From an uncultured bacterium (GTDB lineage: Bacteria > Planctomycetota > UBA8108 > UBA1146): 64,000 nt of DNA. Below the pieces are notes generated by a model. The model was given only the letters and a program-made list of their open reading frames with translations, was not told the DNA's origin and did not search any database. The stretch covers positions 42,987-106,986 of the forward strand of contig CALJGL010000023.1 in assembly GCA_938075155.1 (NCBI GenBank). Reading direction: 5' to 3'. This document shows positions 9,897 to 18,809 of this stretch, one piece after another; position 1 is the first letter of the stretch, and every line of letters begins with the position of its first letter. A program made the translations under genes and the position numbers.

Positions 9897-11207
9897 GTGT
9901 CACAAGTGACCAACGAGGCTCAACGTTCTCGTCTCTTCTGGGCCAGTTGCATGGCTCTCATTTCTACCTCTATCGCATTTGGAGTGATCACCGCTTCGAT
10001 AACCGATTTTGGGAAGGTGTACAATCTCAGCGAGACGGAGAAAGGCTTTATCGGGGGGGCTGCTCTCGGAGGCTTTGCCTTTTCCATCATCGCACTCGGT
10101 GTGGTGATCGAAAAGATAGGCATCGCCATTTCTCTCAAGATGGCATTCATGTGCCATGTCTTTGGTGCGTTGTTGATGATGTTTGCCGAGGGATTTTCAC
10201 AGTTGATGGCAGGTGCATCCATTATTGCACTCGGAAACGGATGCGTTGAAGCGGGTTGTAATCCACTCGTCGCAACACTGTTTCCCAACAATAAGACGGT
10301 GAGGCTTAACCAGTTTCATGTCTTTTGGCCTGTGGGAATCATCATTGGTACTCTCTTTGGGTACTTCCTGACAGAAGCGGCTGCCACTCTTCCCGCTGGT
10401 GAGGTTTGGTCCTTCATGGGATTGAGCTTGCTGCAAGCGAAGTTGTCCTTGGTTCTTTTGCCCACCGTTGTCTACGGGTTCATGTTCATGGGACAAGAGA
10501 TCCCTCAGACTGAACGGGTGCAGTCAAATATTCCTGCTGCAGAAGTTACAAAGGCGGCGCAGTCACCTTTGTTCTTGACGATGCTCTTCTGCATGGGATT
10601 GACGGCAACATTAGAACTTGCACCGGGTCGCTGGATTGAGGCATTGATGGGTCCCGCTTTTGTGGCGGCAGGCTTCAAGAATAACGCTGCTCTTCTGGTG
10701 CTGGTTTATGGAATGGCTTTGATGGCTGTTCTTCGCTACAGCGCAGGTAGTTTTGTGAAAAAGTTTTCTCCCACAGGGCTGCTCATGGGATCTGCAATCC
10801 TGGGCGGTGTGGGTCTCTTTGCCATGACTTACGCTTCCAGTATGCAGTCGATCTTCCTGACGGCGACGATCTTCTATGTCGGAGTTTGCTTCTTCTGGCC
10901 GACGATGATCGGATTCGTCGCAGAGAGAATTCCCAATAGTGGTGCTTTAGGCCTTTGCCTTATGGGTGGAATCGGAATGCTCGTTGTGGGCTACGTGACT
11001 GTCCCAGGCGTGGGAATGATCCAAGACTACTACAAAGAGGCAGCACTTCTTGCAGGAGAAGGTGAGTCCGCAGCGATCGCCTATGCGGGCAAGATGGCTT
11101 TCCGCTGGGTTGCTGCGTTGGCCATTCCTCTCGTTCTGATTTTCAATCAGTTGAACAACAGGTTTGGTAAGGTTTCGAACGGTGAAAACGTGGCTGTCTC
11201 CGCTTAA
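9897..11207 (+). CDS. MFS transporter, sugar (FucP/glucose-galactose-like) family
   Basis: About 12 predicted TM helices and MFS-type loop motifs. 436 aa. Confidence 0.75.
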   Translation: MSQVTNEAQRSRLFWASCMALISTSIAFGVITASITDFGKVYNLSETEKGFIGGAALGGFAFSIIALGVVIEKIGIAISLKMAFMCHVFGALLMMFAEGFSQLMAGASIIALGNGCVEAGCNPLVATLFPNNKTVRLNQFHVFWPVGIIIGTLFGYFLTEAAATLPAGEVWSFMGLSLLQAKLSLVLLPTVVYGFMFMGQEIPQTERVQSNIPAAEVTKAAQSPLFLTMLFCMGLTATLELAPGRWIEALMGPAFVAAGFKNNAALLVLVYGMALMAVLRYSAGSFVKKFSPTGLLMGSAILGGVGLFAMTYASSMQSIFLTATIFYVGVCFFWPTMIGFVAERIPNSGALGLCLMGGIGMLVVGYVTVPGVGMIQDYYKEAALLAGEGESAAIAYAGKMAFRWVAALAIPLVLIFNQLNNRFGKVSNGENVAVSA

Positions 11208-11220
11208 TCAGGAGAAGTCG

Positions 11221-11270
11221 TCTTACAAAAAAGTCCCGGATGTCTCTCGACATCCGGGACTTTTTTTTTA
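11221..11270. terminator. Bidirectional rho-independent terminator between convergent genes
   Basis: Perfect hairpin gtcccggatgtc-tctc-gacatccgggac, flanked by an A-run upstream and a T9 run downstream. Confidence 0.8.
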
Positions 11271-11278
11271 TGACTTCA

Positions 11279-13705
11279 TCAGGGACATGCATTGAACGAG
11301 TCGCACCCTGGGGCCGCTCCCGGTGAGACAGGACCACAAGTGGGGAAAGGACCGACGGGTGTTGCGCCGCTATCAAAGAGGTAGACCAGAAGATAGACCA
11401 CGTCAGAGATGTCCACTTGCGAGTCACCATTCACCTCATAGGCAGCAACACAGTTTGTACTGGCACCGGCAAAGAGGTACTGGAGACTTTGCACAGCATC
11501 ACTGATGTCGTGACTTCCGTCAGCATTTGTGTCCCCGGCAACGTAGTTGACAACACCGCTGCATTCGTCGGGGATACCGTCGTTATTCGCGTCAACACTA
11601 GAACCCGAACTGATGTCGCAGGAGTCCAGAACGCCGTTGCTGTTACAGTCGTTCGCACTCATCAATTCGCAGCCGTCATGGATGCCATTGTTGTCACAGT
11701 CAGGAATTCCCGCACCTGCAATAGCCACGTCCATACCCCAGACGTTGAGAAGACCCTCATCGCCTCCTGCGGTGTCTGTAATCGTTAATGTCCAGTCGCC
11801 AAGGGCGTTAGCTCCATCAAAGGCCGACAATGGGGCAGCAGGGCTCGAAGTATTCGTTCCAGTCTCGTCGTCATAGGTCGTGTTGATGTCATCTGCAGAG
11901 CCACCGGCACCTGCGTGAAGGAAGATGGAGGTTCCCCCGGGATCTGCGATGGTGATGTCAAGGTCTCCGATAAACGTGTGTGTCAATTCCACGAGAACAT
12001 TCACATCATCGATGGTGCCAATTTGGTCGACATTGAGGATGCGAACGACAGCAGGCAGGTTGTCAGCGATGGGAGCGGGAGGAGAGACATTATCAACATA
12101 GGTGAATATTCCCGCTGCTTCACAGATGTCGAGAACGCCGTTGGTGTCACAATCGAGAGCCGGATTTGATGATATCTCACAGCCGTCGATCACATCGTTT
12201 TGATTACAGTCCGCTGAAGTTCCTTGTGAAATTTGGCAGCTATCAAGAACTCCATTCAAATCGCAATCGGCTGCTCCAGCGGTGATTTGACAGGAGTCAG
12301 GAATGAAATCGTTATCACAATCACCGGCTCCTGCAATAATTTCACAGGCGTCAGCGATGCCGTCATTATTGCAATCGTCCTGACATTCGTCGAGGAGTCC
12401 ATTTCCGTCACAGTCGGATGCTCCAGAGGCAATCTCGTCAGCGTCAGGAATCCCGTTGCCATTGCAGTCTAGATTTCCAGCGGCAGGTGCCACTGCAGGT
12501 ACTAAAAGGGAATCCACTGCACCGGGAGTAAACAAGCCGACCGTTAAATTTGCTGGGACAGGAGGAGAGGTTGTTGTGAATCGGAAATTGTAAGTGGTTC
12601 CCCAACGGATGGCATTGGCATTGGTATCTTGAGCAAAGGTAGAAGTGTTCCAGGTGATAGCCCCACCACTGTTAGACGATGACCAATCTGTTCCGTCATA
12701 AACTTCAGTACTGTGATACTCCACATCGTGAAAGCCGATGGCGCTGGGAACGACGCCTAATAAGGGAACCGAGAAACTGCGTGCGCTTCGTGTCGAGTCC
12801 ATATTGTAGAGCGCGTATTCATACTCCCAAAGATTGGCAGATTGCTGAGTGACCTTGTAACCGAGAATCATGAGGCCATCTTCACCGTCAGAAATGTCGA
12901 CGAGCGTGACTCCTGGGTCGACGTCTTGCCAAGCTTGCAAAGCGGGTTGTTGTCTTTGAGTAGTTCCTAGGAAACTGATGGCGTGGTTTGAGGTACTCGC
13001 AGAGATGGACACTTCACGATAACTACAGTTGTTGTGATGATTTCCGGCAGCCGCATCATCGGGAGTCACGTAATGACCCTCTACAAAGTAGCGGGCATTT
13101 GTGTTGAGGGCAGGGGTGAGGTCATTTCCATGCACTCTTAGCCTTCTGTAGGTCAAGTCGGCATTTGAAGGATCCATGATCTGGGGGTAAACGAAAATGC
13201 CGTGAGCGGGGTCGGTGACTTCAGAGCGAGATCCCAGACTACCTTGGCTTCCATTCAAACTAGCGCCGTATGGATCTGAGCAACCTACACCGAGGCGAGA
13301 GCCGGATCCTGAGGAGACGCAGCCACAATTGCAAATGTTACCTTGGAGTGCTGTGAAGCCATGCTTCAGCCAACTCATCCCAATCTGCTCGAAGCGCCCA
13401 TCTTTGAGGCGATACATGTTTTGGCCAATCACCGGGTGTTCATTGGTACTGGAGATCCAGAGCAATTCTTCGGTGCCGATATTGCAAGACGTGGTTCCGA
13501 CTGAGAAGGCGTAGTATCCGCCAGAGTTGCCGTAGCTCTGAGTGCCGACAAGGTCTCCGACGATGACGTCTGCTCCGGTGCCTCCCTGCCCTCCGCCTGG
13601 ATCGCATTGTCCGTGCAGGATTGAACCTTGAATCAGAATTGTGACAATCACCAAAGTTCTGAACATGAAACTGCTCCCATTCCGCGGGCGAGTTGAGCTT
13701 CCCAT
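11279..13705 (-). CDS. Large secreted protein with a proprotein-convertase P-domain, Cys-rich DCDxNG repeats and a C-terminal dockerin-like module
   Basis: Signal peptide. P-domain signature THTFIGDLDITIADPGG. Repeats CDGNGLLDECQDDCNNDGIADACEI. C-terminus GDTNADGSHDISDAVQSLQYLF...VNGDSQVDISDVVYLLVYLFDSG...PFPTCGP...C. Confidence 0.75.
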   Translation of the reverse strand: MGSSTRPRNGSSFMFRTLVIVTILIQGSILHGQCDPGGGQGGTGADVIVGDLVGTQSYGNSGGYYAFSVGTTSCNIGTEELLWISSTNEHPVIGQNMYRLKDGRFEQIGMSWLKHGFTALQGNICNCGCVSSGSGSRLGVGCSDPYGASLNGSQGSLGSRSEVTDPAHGIFVYPQIMDPSNADLTYRRLRVHGNDLTPALNTNARYFVEGHYVTPDDAAAGNHHNNCSYREVSISASTSNHAISFLGTTQRQQPALQAWQDVDPGVTLVDISDGEDGLMILGYKVTQQSANLWEYEYALYNMDSTRSARSFSVPLLGVVPSAIGFHDVEYHSTEVYDGTDWSSSNSGGAITWNTSTFAQDTNANAIRWGTTYNFRFTTTSPPVPANLTVGLFTPGAVDSLLVPAVAPAAGNLDCNGNGIPDADEIASGASDCDGNGLLDECQDDCNNDGIADACEIIAGAGDCDNDFIPDSCQITAGAADCDLNGVLDSCQISQGTSADCNQNDVIDGCEISSNPALDCDTNGVLDICEAAGIFTYVDNVSPPAPIADNLPAVVRILNVDQIGTIDDVNVLVELTHTFIGDLDITIADPGGTSIFLHAGAGGSADDINTTYDDETGTNTSSPAAPLSAFDGANALGDWTLTITDTAGGDEGLLNVWGMDVAIAGAGIPDCDNNGIHDGCELMSANDCNSNGVLDSCDISSGSSVDANNDGIPDECSGVVNYVAGDTNADGSHDISDAVQSLQYLFAGASTNCVAAYEVNGDSQVDISDVVYLLVYLFDSGATPVGPFPTCGPVSPGAAPGCDSFNACP

Positions 13706-13925
13706 TCGTACTGGATAGGAGAACTCTGTATCTCTGAAATTGTAAATCGGTCTATCAGTCCATAATAATTTGCTGAGTTTGATTATATGTTCGTATTCGA
13801 GTTGAAGCGAGACCGAGAATTTCAGGTATCGAATGACTCGCGAATACTATGAAGAGAAGAAGCACAGGGATCGGAGTCACGAATTCTGGATATTGTGAAG
13901 TAGGTTCGGGAGTGGGGGCGTCACT

Positions 13926-13960
13926 GCCAAAAAAAAACCCCGCCACCCGGAGAGGTGACG
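13926..13960 (-). terminator. Rho-independent terminator downstream of tRNA-Thr
   Basis: On the minus strand, cccgtcacctctccgggtggcgggg hairpin followed by a T9 run. Confidence 0.6.
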
Positions 13961-13974
13961 GGATTCATATTTTA

Positions 13975-14050
13975 TGGAGCTGGCGACGGGAGTCGAACCC
14001 GTGACCTCAGCTTTACGAAAGCTGTGCTCTACCAACTGAGCTACGCCAGC
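13975..14050 (-). tRNA. tRNA-Thr (anticodon CGU)
   Basis: Reverse complement reads GCTGGCGTAGCTCAGTTGGTAGAGCACAGCTTTCGTAAAGCTGAGGTCACGGGTTCGACTCCCGTCGCCAGCTCCA. Cloverleaf with 7-bp acceptor stem, TTCGACT T-loop, CGT anticodon, encoded CCA. Confidence 0.85.
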
Positions 14051-14180
14051 GACTCAAGATTTCCACTGAATTGCGACCAGAGGTACGAAGTCCTCAAAGG
14101 TGAGCATATCTGTTTCATGCGAAGGCGGCAACTTCACCGCCACGGTTGTCGTGGATTGATGCCTGAAATCGGCAGTGGAT

Positions 14181-15098
14181 CTACGAAGTCGTGATTTCTG
14201 GGTCAGGAAGTTTGCTGTGGGGATGCTTTTGGTACTCCGCTGTCCGAGCCTCGCTGGTCAGGTGCCTGTATACCTGAGTGGTCGCGAGGTGCTTGTGACC
14301 GAGGAGCTCTTGAACTTCGCGAAGATTCGCTCCGCTATCCACCAAATGAGTGGCATAAGAATGCCTCAAAGTGTGAGGACTCGTTTTCTGATCTAAGCCG
14401 GCACGCCCGACATATCGATCAAAAATCTTGCGAATGGATCGGTCCGAAATTCGTTCTCCGAAACGATTGAGTAAAACAGGGACAGGGGCCCAGTTTCCAT
14501 TCTCTGGAATCCAGCGGGAGGGAATCGCTTCCCTGTAACTGATCAAAGATCGAATGGCATGTTCACCAATCGGTACGATTCTTTCCTTGCGACCCTTACC
14601 GAATGCTCGGACGAGGCGAATTTTGCTGTCGATATGGCACCAGTCGAGAGCCACAAGTTCACTCACCCTTAGTCCTGTACTGTAAAGGATTTCAAGGATG
14701 GCTCTGTCTCGCAATCCTCGATAAGTGTCGGTCTGGGGTTGGTCCAGTAATCGCATCACTTCCTGGATGGTGAGGAAGTGCGGGAGTGACCGCGGGACCT
14801 TTGGCGTATCCAGTTCGAGGAACGCGCAACGGCCTTCGAGTTTGTTTTCTCGTTGGAGAAACCGGAAGTAGCCCCGTACGGAAGCCAATTTACGGGCTAT
14901 CGTAGATCGGGAGTATCCCAGTTCTCCGAAGTGTGCAAGCCAGCGGCGCACCTCTTCGGTGCTTCTGGACACCAATTCCGAGAGATTATTAACTTGAAAG
15001 AACTCCTGAAGTTGCTCGAGATCTTTGCGATAGGCCCGGAGCGTCTCCGAACTTAGATTTCGCTCTGACTCGAGGTGCTGAAGGAATGAATCCATCAA
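14181..15098 (-). CDS. Tyrosine site-specific recombinase, XerC/XerD family
   Basis: N-terminal SAM-like domain (LESERNLSSETLRAYRKDLEQL). C-terminal catalytic HTLRHSYATHLVDSGANLREVQELLGHKHLATTQVYRHL with R..HxxR..Y. Confidence 0.85.
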   Translation of the reverse strand: MMDSFLQHLESERNLSSETLRAYRKDLEQLQEFFQVNNLSELVSRSTEEVRRWLAHFGELGYSRSTIARKLASVRGYFRFLQRENKLEGRCAFLELDTPKVPRSLPHFLTIQEVMRLLDQPQTDTYRGLRDRAILEILYSTGLRVSELVALDWCHIDSKIRLVRAFGKGRKERIVPIGEHAIRSLISYREAIPSRWIPENGNWAPVPVLLNRFGERISDRSIRKIFDRYVGRAGLDQKTSPHTLRHSYATHLVDSGANLREVQELLGHKHLATTQVYRHLTSEARTAEYQKHPHSKLPDPEITTS

Positions 15099-15264
15099 TT
15101 CGCACCATCTTCCCAGCCCGAAGGCGATTCCCTTGGCTAGATCCTATGAAGTCCGGAAAAAAATTTGAAGCCGATCCCCGGCATTTGGGGGACGTGTCGT
15201 GGCTGAGAGCACCTTGTTTTGGAGAATCTAGAGCCGGAACGGTGTGGATAAGTCGTGGAAATGG

Positions 15265-15516
15265 TTAGCGGATCTGACCGTGAATCCGGCAAATCAGTTC
15301 TCTGACGACGGAACGGAAGTGGTCGATAGTGAGCTCTTCTTCGTCCGTTTCGACCGCTTCGTCTAAGGATCTGGGGGCAGGAGAGCCCATTTTGAGAAGT
15401 TCTTCCAATAATCCCGGCATATCTTGACGGTCGTAAAGAATGCAAAACTCCTCTTTTTGGCTGACCACCATGAGAGAACTGTCTTCTGTGGAAAAAGGGT
15501 TCGATTCGGATTCCAT
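15265..15516 (-). CDS. Hypothetical small acidic protein (83 aa)
   Basis: ORF with an AAGGA-like SD about 10 nt upstream. No family recognised. An alternative overlapping ORF 15137-15580 is less likely. Confidence 0.3.
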   Translation of the reverse strand: MESESNPFSTEDSSLMVVSQKEEFCILYDRQDMPGLLEELLKMGSPAPRSLDEAVETDEEELTIDHFRSVVRELICRIHGQIR

Positions 15517-15631
15517 GATTATTATCGTCCTTCAGTAAAGAAATTGCCGTTCTCGGGTGTTCTATTGGTACATCGTCCATGCCTCCGCCTAACTGGAGGC
15601 TTTTTTTGACAGGTTTTCGGAAGGTCTCTGA

Positions 15632-17062
15632 ATGTTGAAGTCGCCATTTGAGAGTTCTGTTCAGGTCGTTCCTCTAGGGATTCTTTCTTTGGAGCCTGTG
15701 CTAGAGCAGATTTCTCCAGGTGAAGACTGCTTTCTATTGGAGAGTGGACTCGACGTGGCAGGCACTGGTCTCTGGGACATATGGGGGTTTGATCCCATCT
15801 CGTCTTTCGAAATCGCAGCGAATGAAAATCCACGAGAGCTTGAAGATCGTCCGTTGAAGAAATTCGATCACTGGTTTCGACAGTGGGAAGTAGAGCAAGC
15901 TCCACTTCAACTTTCTGGTGAGACAGTGCCTTTCACGGGGGGCGCCGTGGGGTGGCTCAGTTATGAGTTGTTGGATGATTTCTACGGAATGAATACTCGC
16001 GAAATTAGTTCGACAGCGAATATCGCTTGGTTAGACGAATTACCTCGACTCAATTTCTCTCTTCACGATGAGATTTATGTTCGGTTTGCTTCCACAGGTG
16101 AAGCATGGTTTCTTCACAGAAATCGTGAGGGTTGGAAAGATCGAATGGAGTTCCGTTTTTCCTCAGCGGTCGTCAGCCAGCCGAATTCAGAAACACCATC
16201 CATGGTCGCGTCTTCATTTTCCGAATCCGAATATTTGGAATCGGTAAGAGAGATTCAAAAACGTATCGGCCAAGGAGATGTCTACGAAGTCAATTTGGCT
16301 CGAGGGTTTCTGGTCGAAGGGTGCCCAGAACCGAAAGATCTTCACGCCCGTTGGCGACAAGCTCAGCCGGTGCCCTATGGCGCACTTTTACAATCTTCAA
16401 CACATGCTGTTGTGAGCGCATCGCCAGAGCAGTTCCTGCGTCGTCGCAATAAACACATCTGTACTCGTCCCATTAAGGGAACTGTGCCCAGAACAGGAGA
16501 TCCCCTCAAAGATCAGCGGGCTGGTGCTCAATTACTAGCGAATGAAAAAGAGCGCGCAGAGCTGGCGATGATCATCGATTTGGAACGCAACGACCTGGGC
16601 AGAATCTGTAAGCCGGGAAGTGTGGAAGTGACAGCCGTCGCGGATGTTGAGGCTTACTCCACTGTGCTGCATACGGTGGCTACGATCGAAGGAGTTCTTC
16701 AAGGAAATCCGGGTCCAGGTGAGATTCTGGAAGCCACATTTCCTGGGGGGTCGATTACAGGTGCGCCAAAGAGAGCGGCAATGCAGGTCATCCGAGAATT
16801 GGAGCCTTGGCCTCGATCTGTATATACAGGATCCATTGGCTGGTTATCCCCGAACGGCGACCTGGAATTCAATATTGCAATTCGAAGTGCTATCGTCGCC
16901 GCCGGCCAGGCACTGATTCCTTTTGGCGGGGCGATCACATGGGATTCCGATCCTGAAAGTGAGAGCCGTGAAATTGGCCATAAAGGAAGGGCGATTTTGG
17001 GAACGCTGGGACTGGATACCGGCGTCGATCCTGAAAAAAACCTGGAGAGTCTCCCGGGCTAG
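15632..17062 (+). CDS. Chorismate-binding enzyme, aminodeoxychorismate synthase / anthranilate synthase component I family
   Basis: C-terminal chorismate-utilising domain: GDVYEVNLARGF, ERAELAMIIDLERNDLGRI, GSITGAPKRAAMQVIRELEP. Confidence 0.8.
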   Translation: MLKSPFESSVQVVPLGILSLEPVLEQISPGEDCFLLESGLDVAGTGLWDIWGFDPISSFEIAANENPRELEDRPLKKFDHWFRQWEVEQAPLQLSGETVPFTGGAVGWLSYELLDDFYGMNTREISSTANIAWLDELPRLNFSLHDEIYVRFASTGEAWFLHRNREGWKDRMEFRFSSAVVSQPNSETPSMVASSFSESEYLESVREIQKRIGQGDVYEVNLARGFLVEGCPEPKDLHARWRQAQPVPYGALLQSSTHAVVSASPEQFLRRRNKHICTRPIKGTVPRTGDPLKDQRAGAQLLANEKERAELAMIIDLERNDLGRICKPGSVEVTAVADVEAYSTVLHTVATIEGVLQGNPGPGEILEATFPGGSITGAPKRAAMQVIRELEPWPRSVYTGSIGWLSPNGDLEFNIAIRSAIVAAGQALIPFGGAITWDSDPESESREIGHKGRAILGTLGLDTGVDPEKNLESLPG

Positions 17063-17063
17063 T

Positions 17064-18809
17064 TTAACTGTCGAGCCAGTTCGCAAATGACCGAAGCATC
17101 TGCGAGATGACTTCTTGGCCTTCTGAGAAACTTTGCCACGTAAACCAGAATCCGACACCGGCTACCACAAGGGCAGAAAACACAGGAGCTAATTTAATCA
17201 GAGGTGAACTGGCTGTGACGCCCATTCGATCGATCACTCCCTCTTTGCCCAGAGTCAACAGAGTACCGATTCCAATCAGCGTGACACCCAATCCCATACT
17301 GAAGAATATCAGTATGACGATTCCAAGGGGGAGGGCCTGAAAGTGGGCGGCGACAAGAAGAATTGTGAAACCCGCCGGACAGGGGACGATGCCTCCACTG
17401 AGTCCCAGAGCGAGTAAATCCCTGAACCTGACTCCACCATCCTCACCCCAGCCTTTAGGAACATGCGAGTGATCGTGCGAGTGGTCATGCGAGTGGTCAT
17501 GCGAGTGATCGTGTGAGTGATCGTGTGAGTGATCATGTGAGTGGTCATGCGAGTGGTCATGTGAGTGACCGTGCGCTTGTCCTTTGAAGTGTCGGTAGCG
17601 GTGGCGTGCGAGGAACAGGCCAAACAGGATCAACATGACTCCAGAGAGAACACTAAAGGTCGTGGTAATCCAATTTTGATAGGTGGCTGACATCGATTTG
17701 TCGGCACTCCACTCGATCAATGACAAAAGTACGAGGCCAAGAAGAAAGACACTGGCGGTATGTGCGATGGTGACAATGATGCCTAGGACCACAGCGTCCC
17801 TGATGCGACCCCGAGTACCTACCAGATAAGCAGCGACCATCGTTTTACCATGGCCTGGCCCGAGTGCATGTCCCGCTCCATATATAAAGGCCAGAAGGAG
17901 AGCGAGCATGATCTCCCAGATGGCTGCTTTTCCAGAGACGATGGTTTCGACGATATTACCGATCTCTTCTTCTTCAGAGACCTGTGGTGGGTTGTCACCC
18001 TTTGCAATTTCGGGGGGACGAGTGGGTTTAAAGGTGTCTTTATCAGAGGTGTCTTTTTGACTTGAGAGGGGGTCTGACCCTTTCGATTTATTCAGCCATT
18101 GGCGAATCGAATCAGACGTGGGTGGATCATCTTCAAAAGGGTCAAAGGGCGTAGCACCTGGGTGAAAATGGAGTATTGAATTCCGACCTGGTGTGCGCAG
18201 AAAAGGACCTTGGTCCTCGATCAGTTCCGGAGCGGGATCAAGGATTAGAACTGAAAGAGCCGGGTCGTGGTCTTCCAGTGGAATCCAGGTGATTTGACTG
18301 GAAAGGCGATTGGTATGAGTGCCGTCATGCCAGTGGAGCCACCAACCACCCGCGCCCCAAGGAGCATCGTCAGGAAGTGCTGAAGGAAGTTGACCTACCA
18401 GTGTGAAATAAACATCAAAAGCTCTCGCACTGACGGATCCTTGCAGGCCTTCTTCTTCGATGGTTTTCAGTTCTAGAGGGATTTTTTGCCCATTGATTTG
18501 GAGGCTTAAATCTGGAAGCAATGAACTGAGTAGGTTTTCCAAATAAGGACGCCACTCAGCCTCTTCGACTCGTTCATTATTGTTGGCATCGAGATTGGAG
18601 AGGACCGGAAAGCCAGAAGAGGCACTCCAGCCGTGATTAAAAAGCATGACCAATTCTGAGCCACGAAGTGTAAAGGTGACTTGAGTGCCGACACCCTCCA
18701 ACAATTCGTGAGCCTGGACCCGCCGTTGAGTCGAACTGCCGAAGAGTACGGTCAGAGTCGTGATTAGTAGCAGGTATTTCATTGCGCTGGTTTTCAGCAT
18801 GCTTCCCAT
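17064..18809 (-). CDS. Fusion protein: N-terminal periplasmic domain with signal peptide, plus a C-terminal NicO/RcnA-like Ni/Co efflux permease with an (HSHD)9 His-rich loop. The alternative start at 18782 (MKYLLL) removes the overlap with uvrD.
   Basis: HALGPGHGKTMVAAYL and GGIVPCPAGFTILL parallel E. coli RcnA HGLEPGHSKTMMAAF and GGLIPCPAAITVLL. His-rich tract HGHSHDHSHD... sits between TM helices. Confidence 0.75.
   Translation of the reverse strand: MGSMLKTSAMKYLLLITTLTVLFGSSTQRRVQAHELLEGVGTQVTFTLRGSELVMLFNHGWSASSGFPVLSNLDANNNERVEEAEWRPYLENLLSSLLPDLSLQINGQKIPLELKTIEEEGLQGSVSARAFDVYFTLVGQLPSALPDDAPWGAGGWWLHWHDGTHTNRLSSQITWIPLEDHDPALSVLILDPAPELIEDQGPFLRTPGRNSILHFHPGATPFDPFEDDPPTSDSIRQWLNKSKGSDPLSSQKDTSDKDTFKPTRPPEIAKGDNPPQVSEEEEIGNIVETIVSGKAAIWEIMLALLLAFIYGAGHALGPGHGKTMVAAYLVGTRGRIRDAVVLGIIVTIAHTASVFLLGLVLLSLIEWSADKSMSATYQNWITTTFSVLSGVMLILFGLFLARHRYRHFKGQAHGHSHDHSHDHSHDHSHDHSHDHSHDHSHDHSHDHSHVPKGWGEDGGVRFRDLLALGLSGGIVPCPAGFTILLVAAHFQALPLGIVILIFFSMGLGVTLIGIGTLLTLGKEGVIDRMGVTASSPLIKLAPVFSALVVAGVGFWFTWQSFSEGQEVISQMLRSFANWLDS
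17462..17572 (-). repeat. 12-nt tandem repeat (about 9 copies) encoding the (HSHD)n metal-binding tract of the transporter
   Basis: gtgatcgtgcga / gtggtcatgcga units repeated head to tail within the coding sequence. Confidence 0.8.

Noticed and set aside
9900-10496. Several 85-145-aa ORFs on both strands overlapping the MFS transporter gene
   Set aside because: They are fully embedded in, or antisense to, a longer ORF with clear MFS topology. They are shadow ORFs typical of GC-balanced sequence.
11417-12472. Plus-strand ORFs of 60-123 aa inside the 11279-13705 region
   Set aside because: They are antisense to the long minus-strand ORF that has a signal peptide, P-domain and dockerin-like module. 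Their composition reflects the complement of Asp/Gly/Asn-rich repeats.
14181-15098. tRNA-adjacent tyrosine recombinase as evidence of a prophage or integrative element
   Set aside because: The protein is of the XerC/XerD type, with the SAM-like N-domain and Xer-like catalytic motifs. No phage, transfer or excision genes and no obvious attachment-site repeat are visible nearby. It is treated as a chromosomal Xer recombinase.
17462-17572. Highly regular 12-nt tandem repeat that could superficially resemble a CRISPR or minisatellite array
   Set aside because: The units are contiguous with no spacers. They lie in frame inside the NicO/RcnA-like gene, where they encode the (HSHD)n metal-binding loop. 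No cas genes are present.
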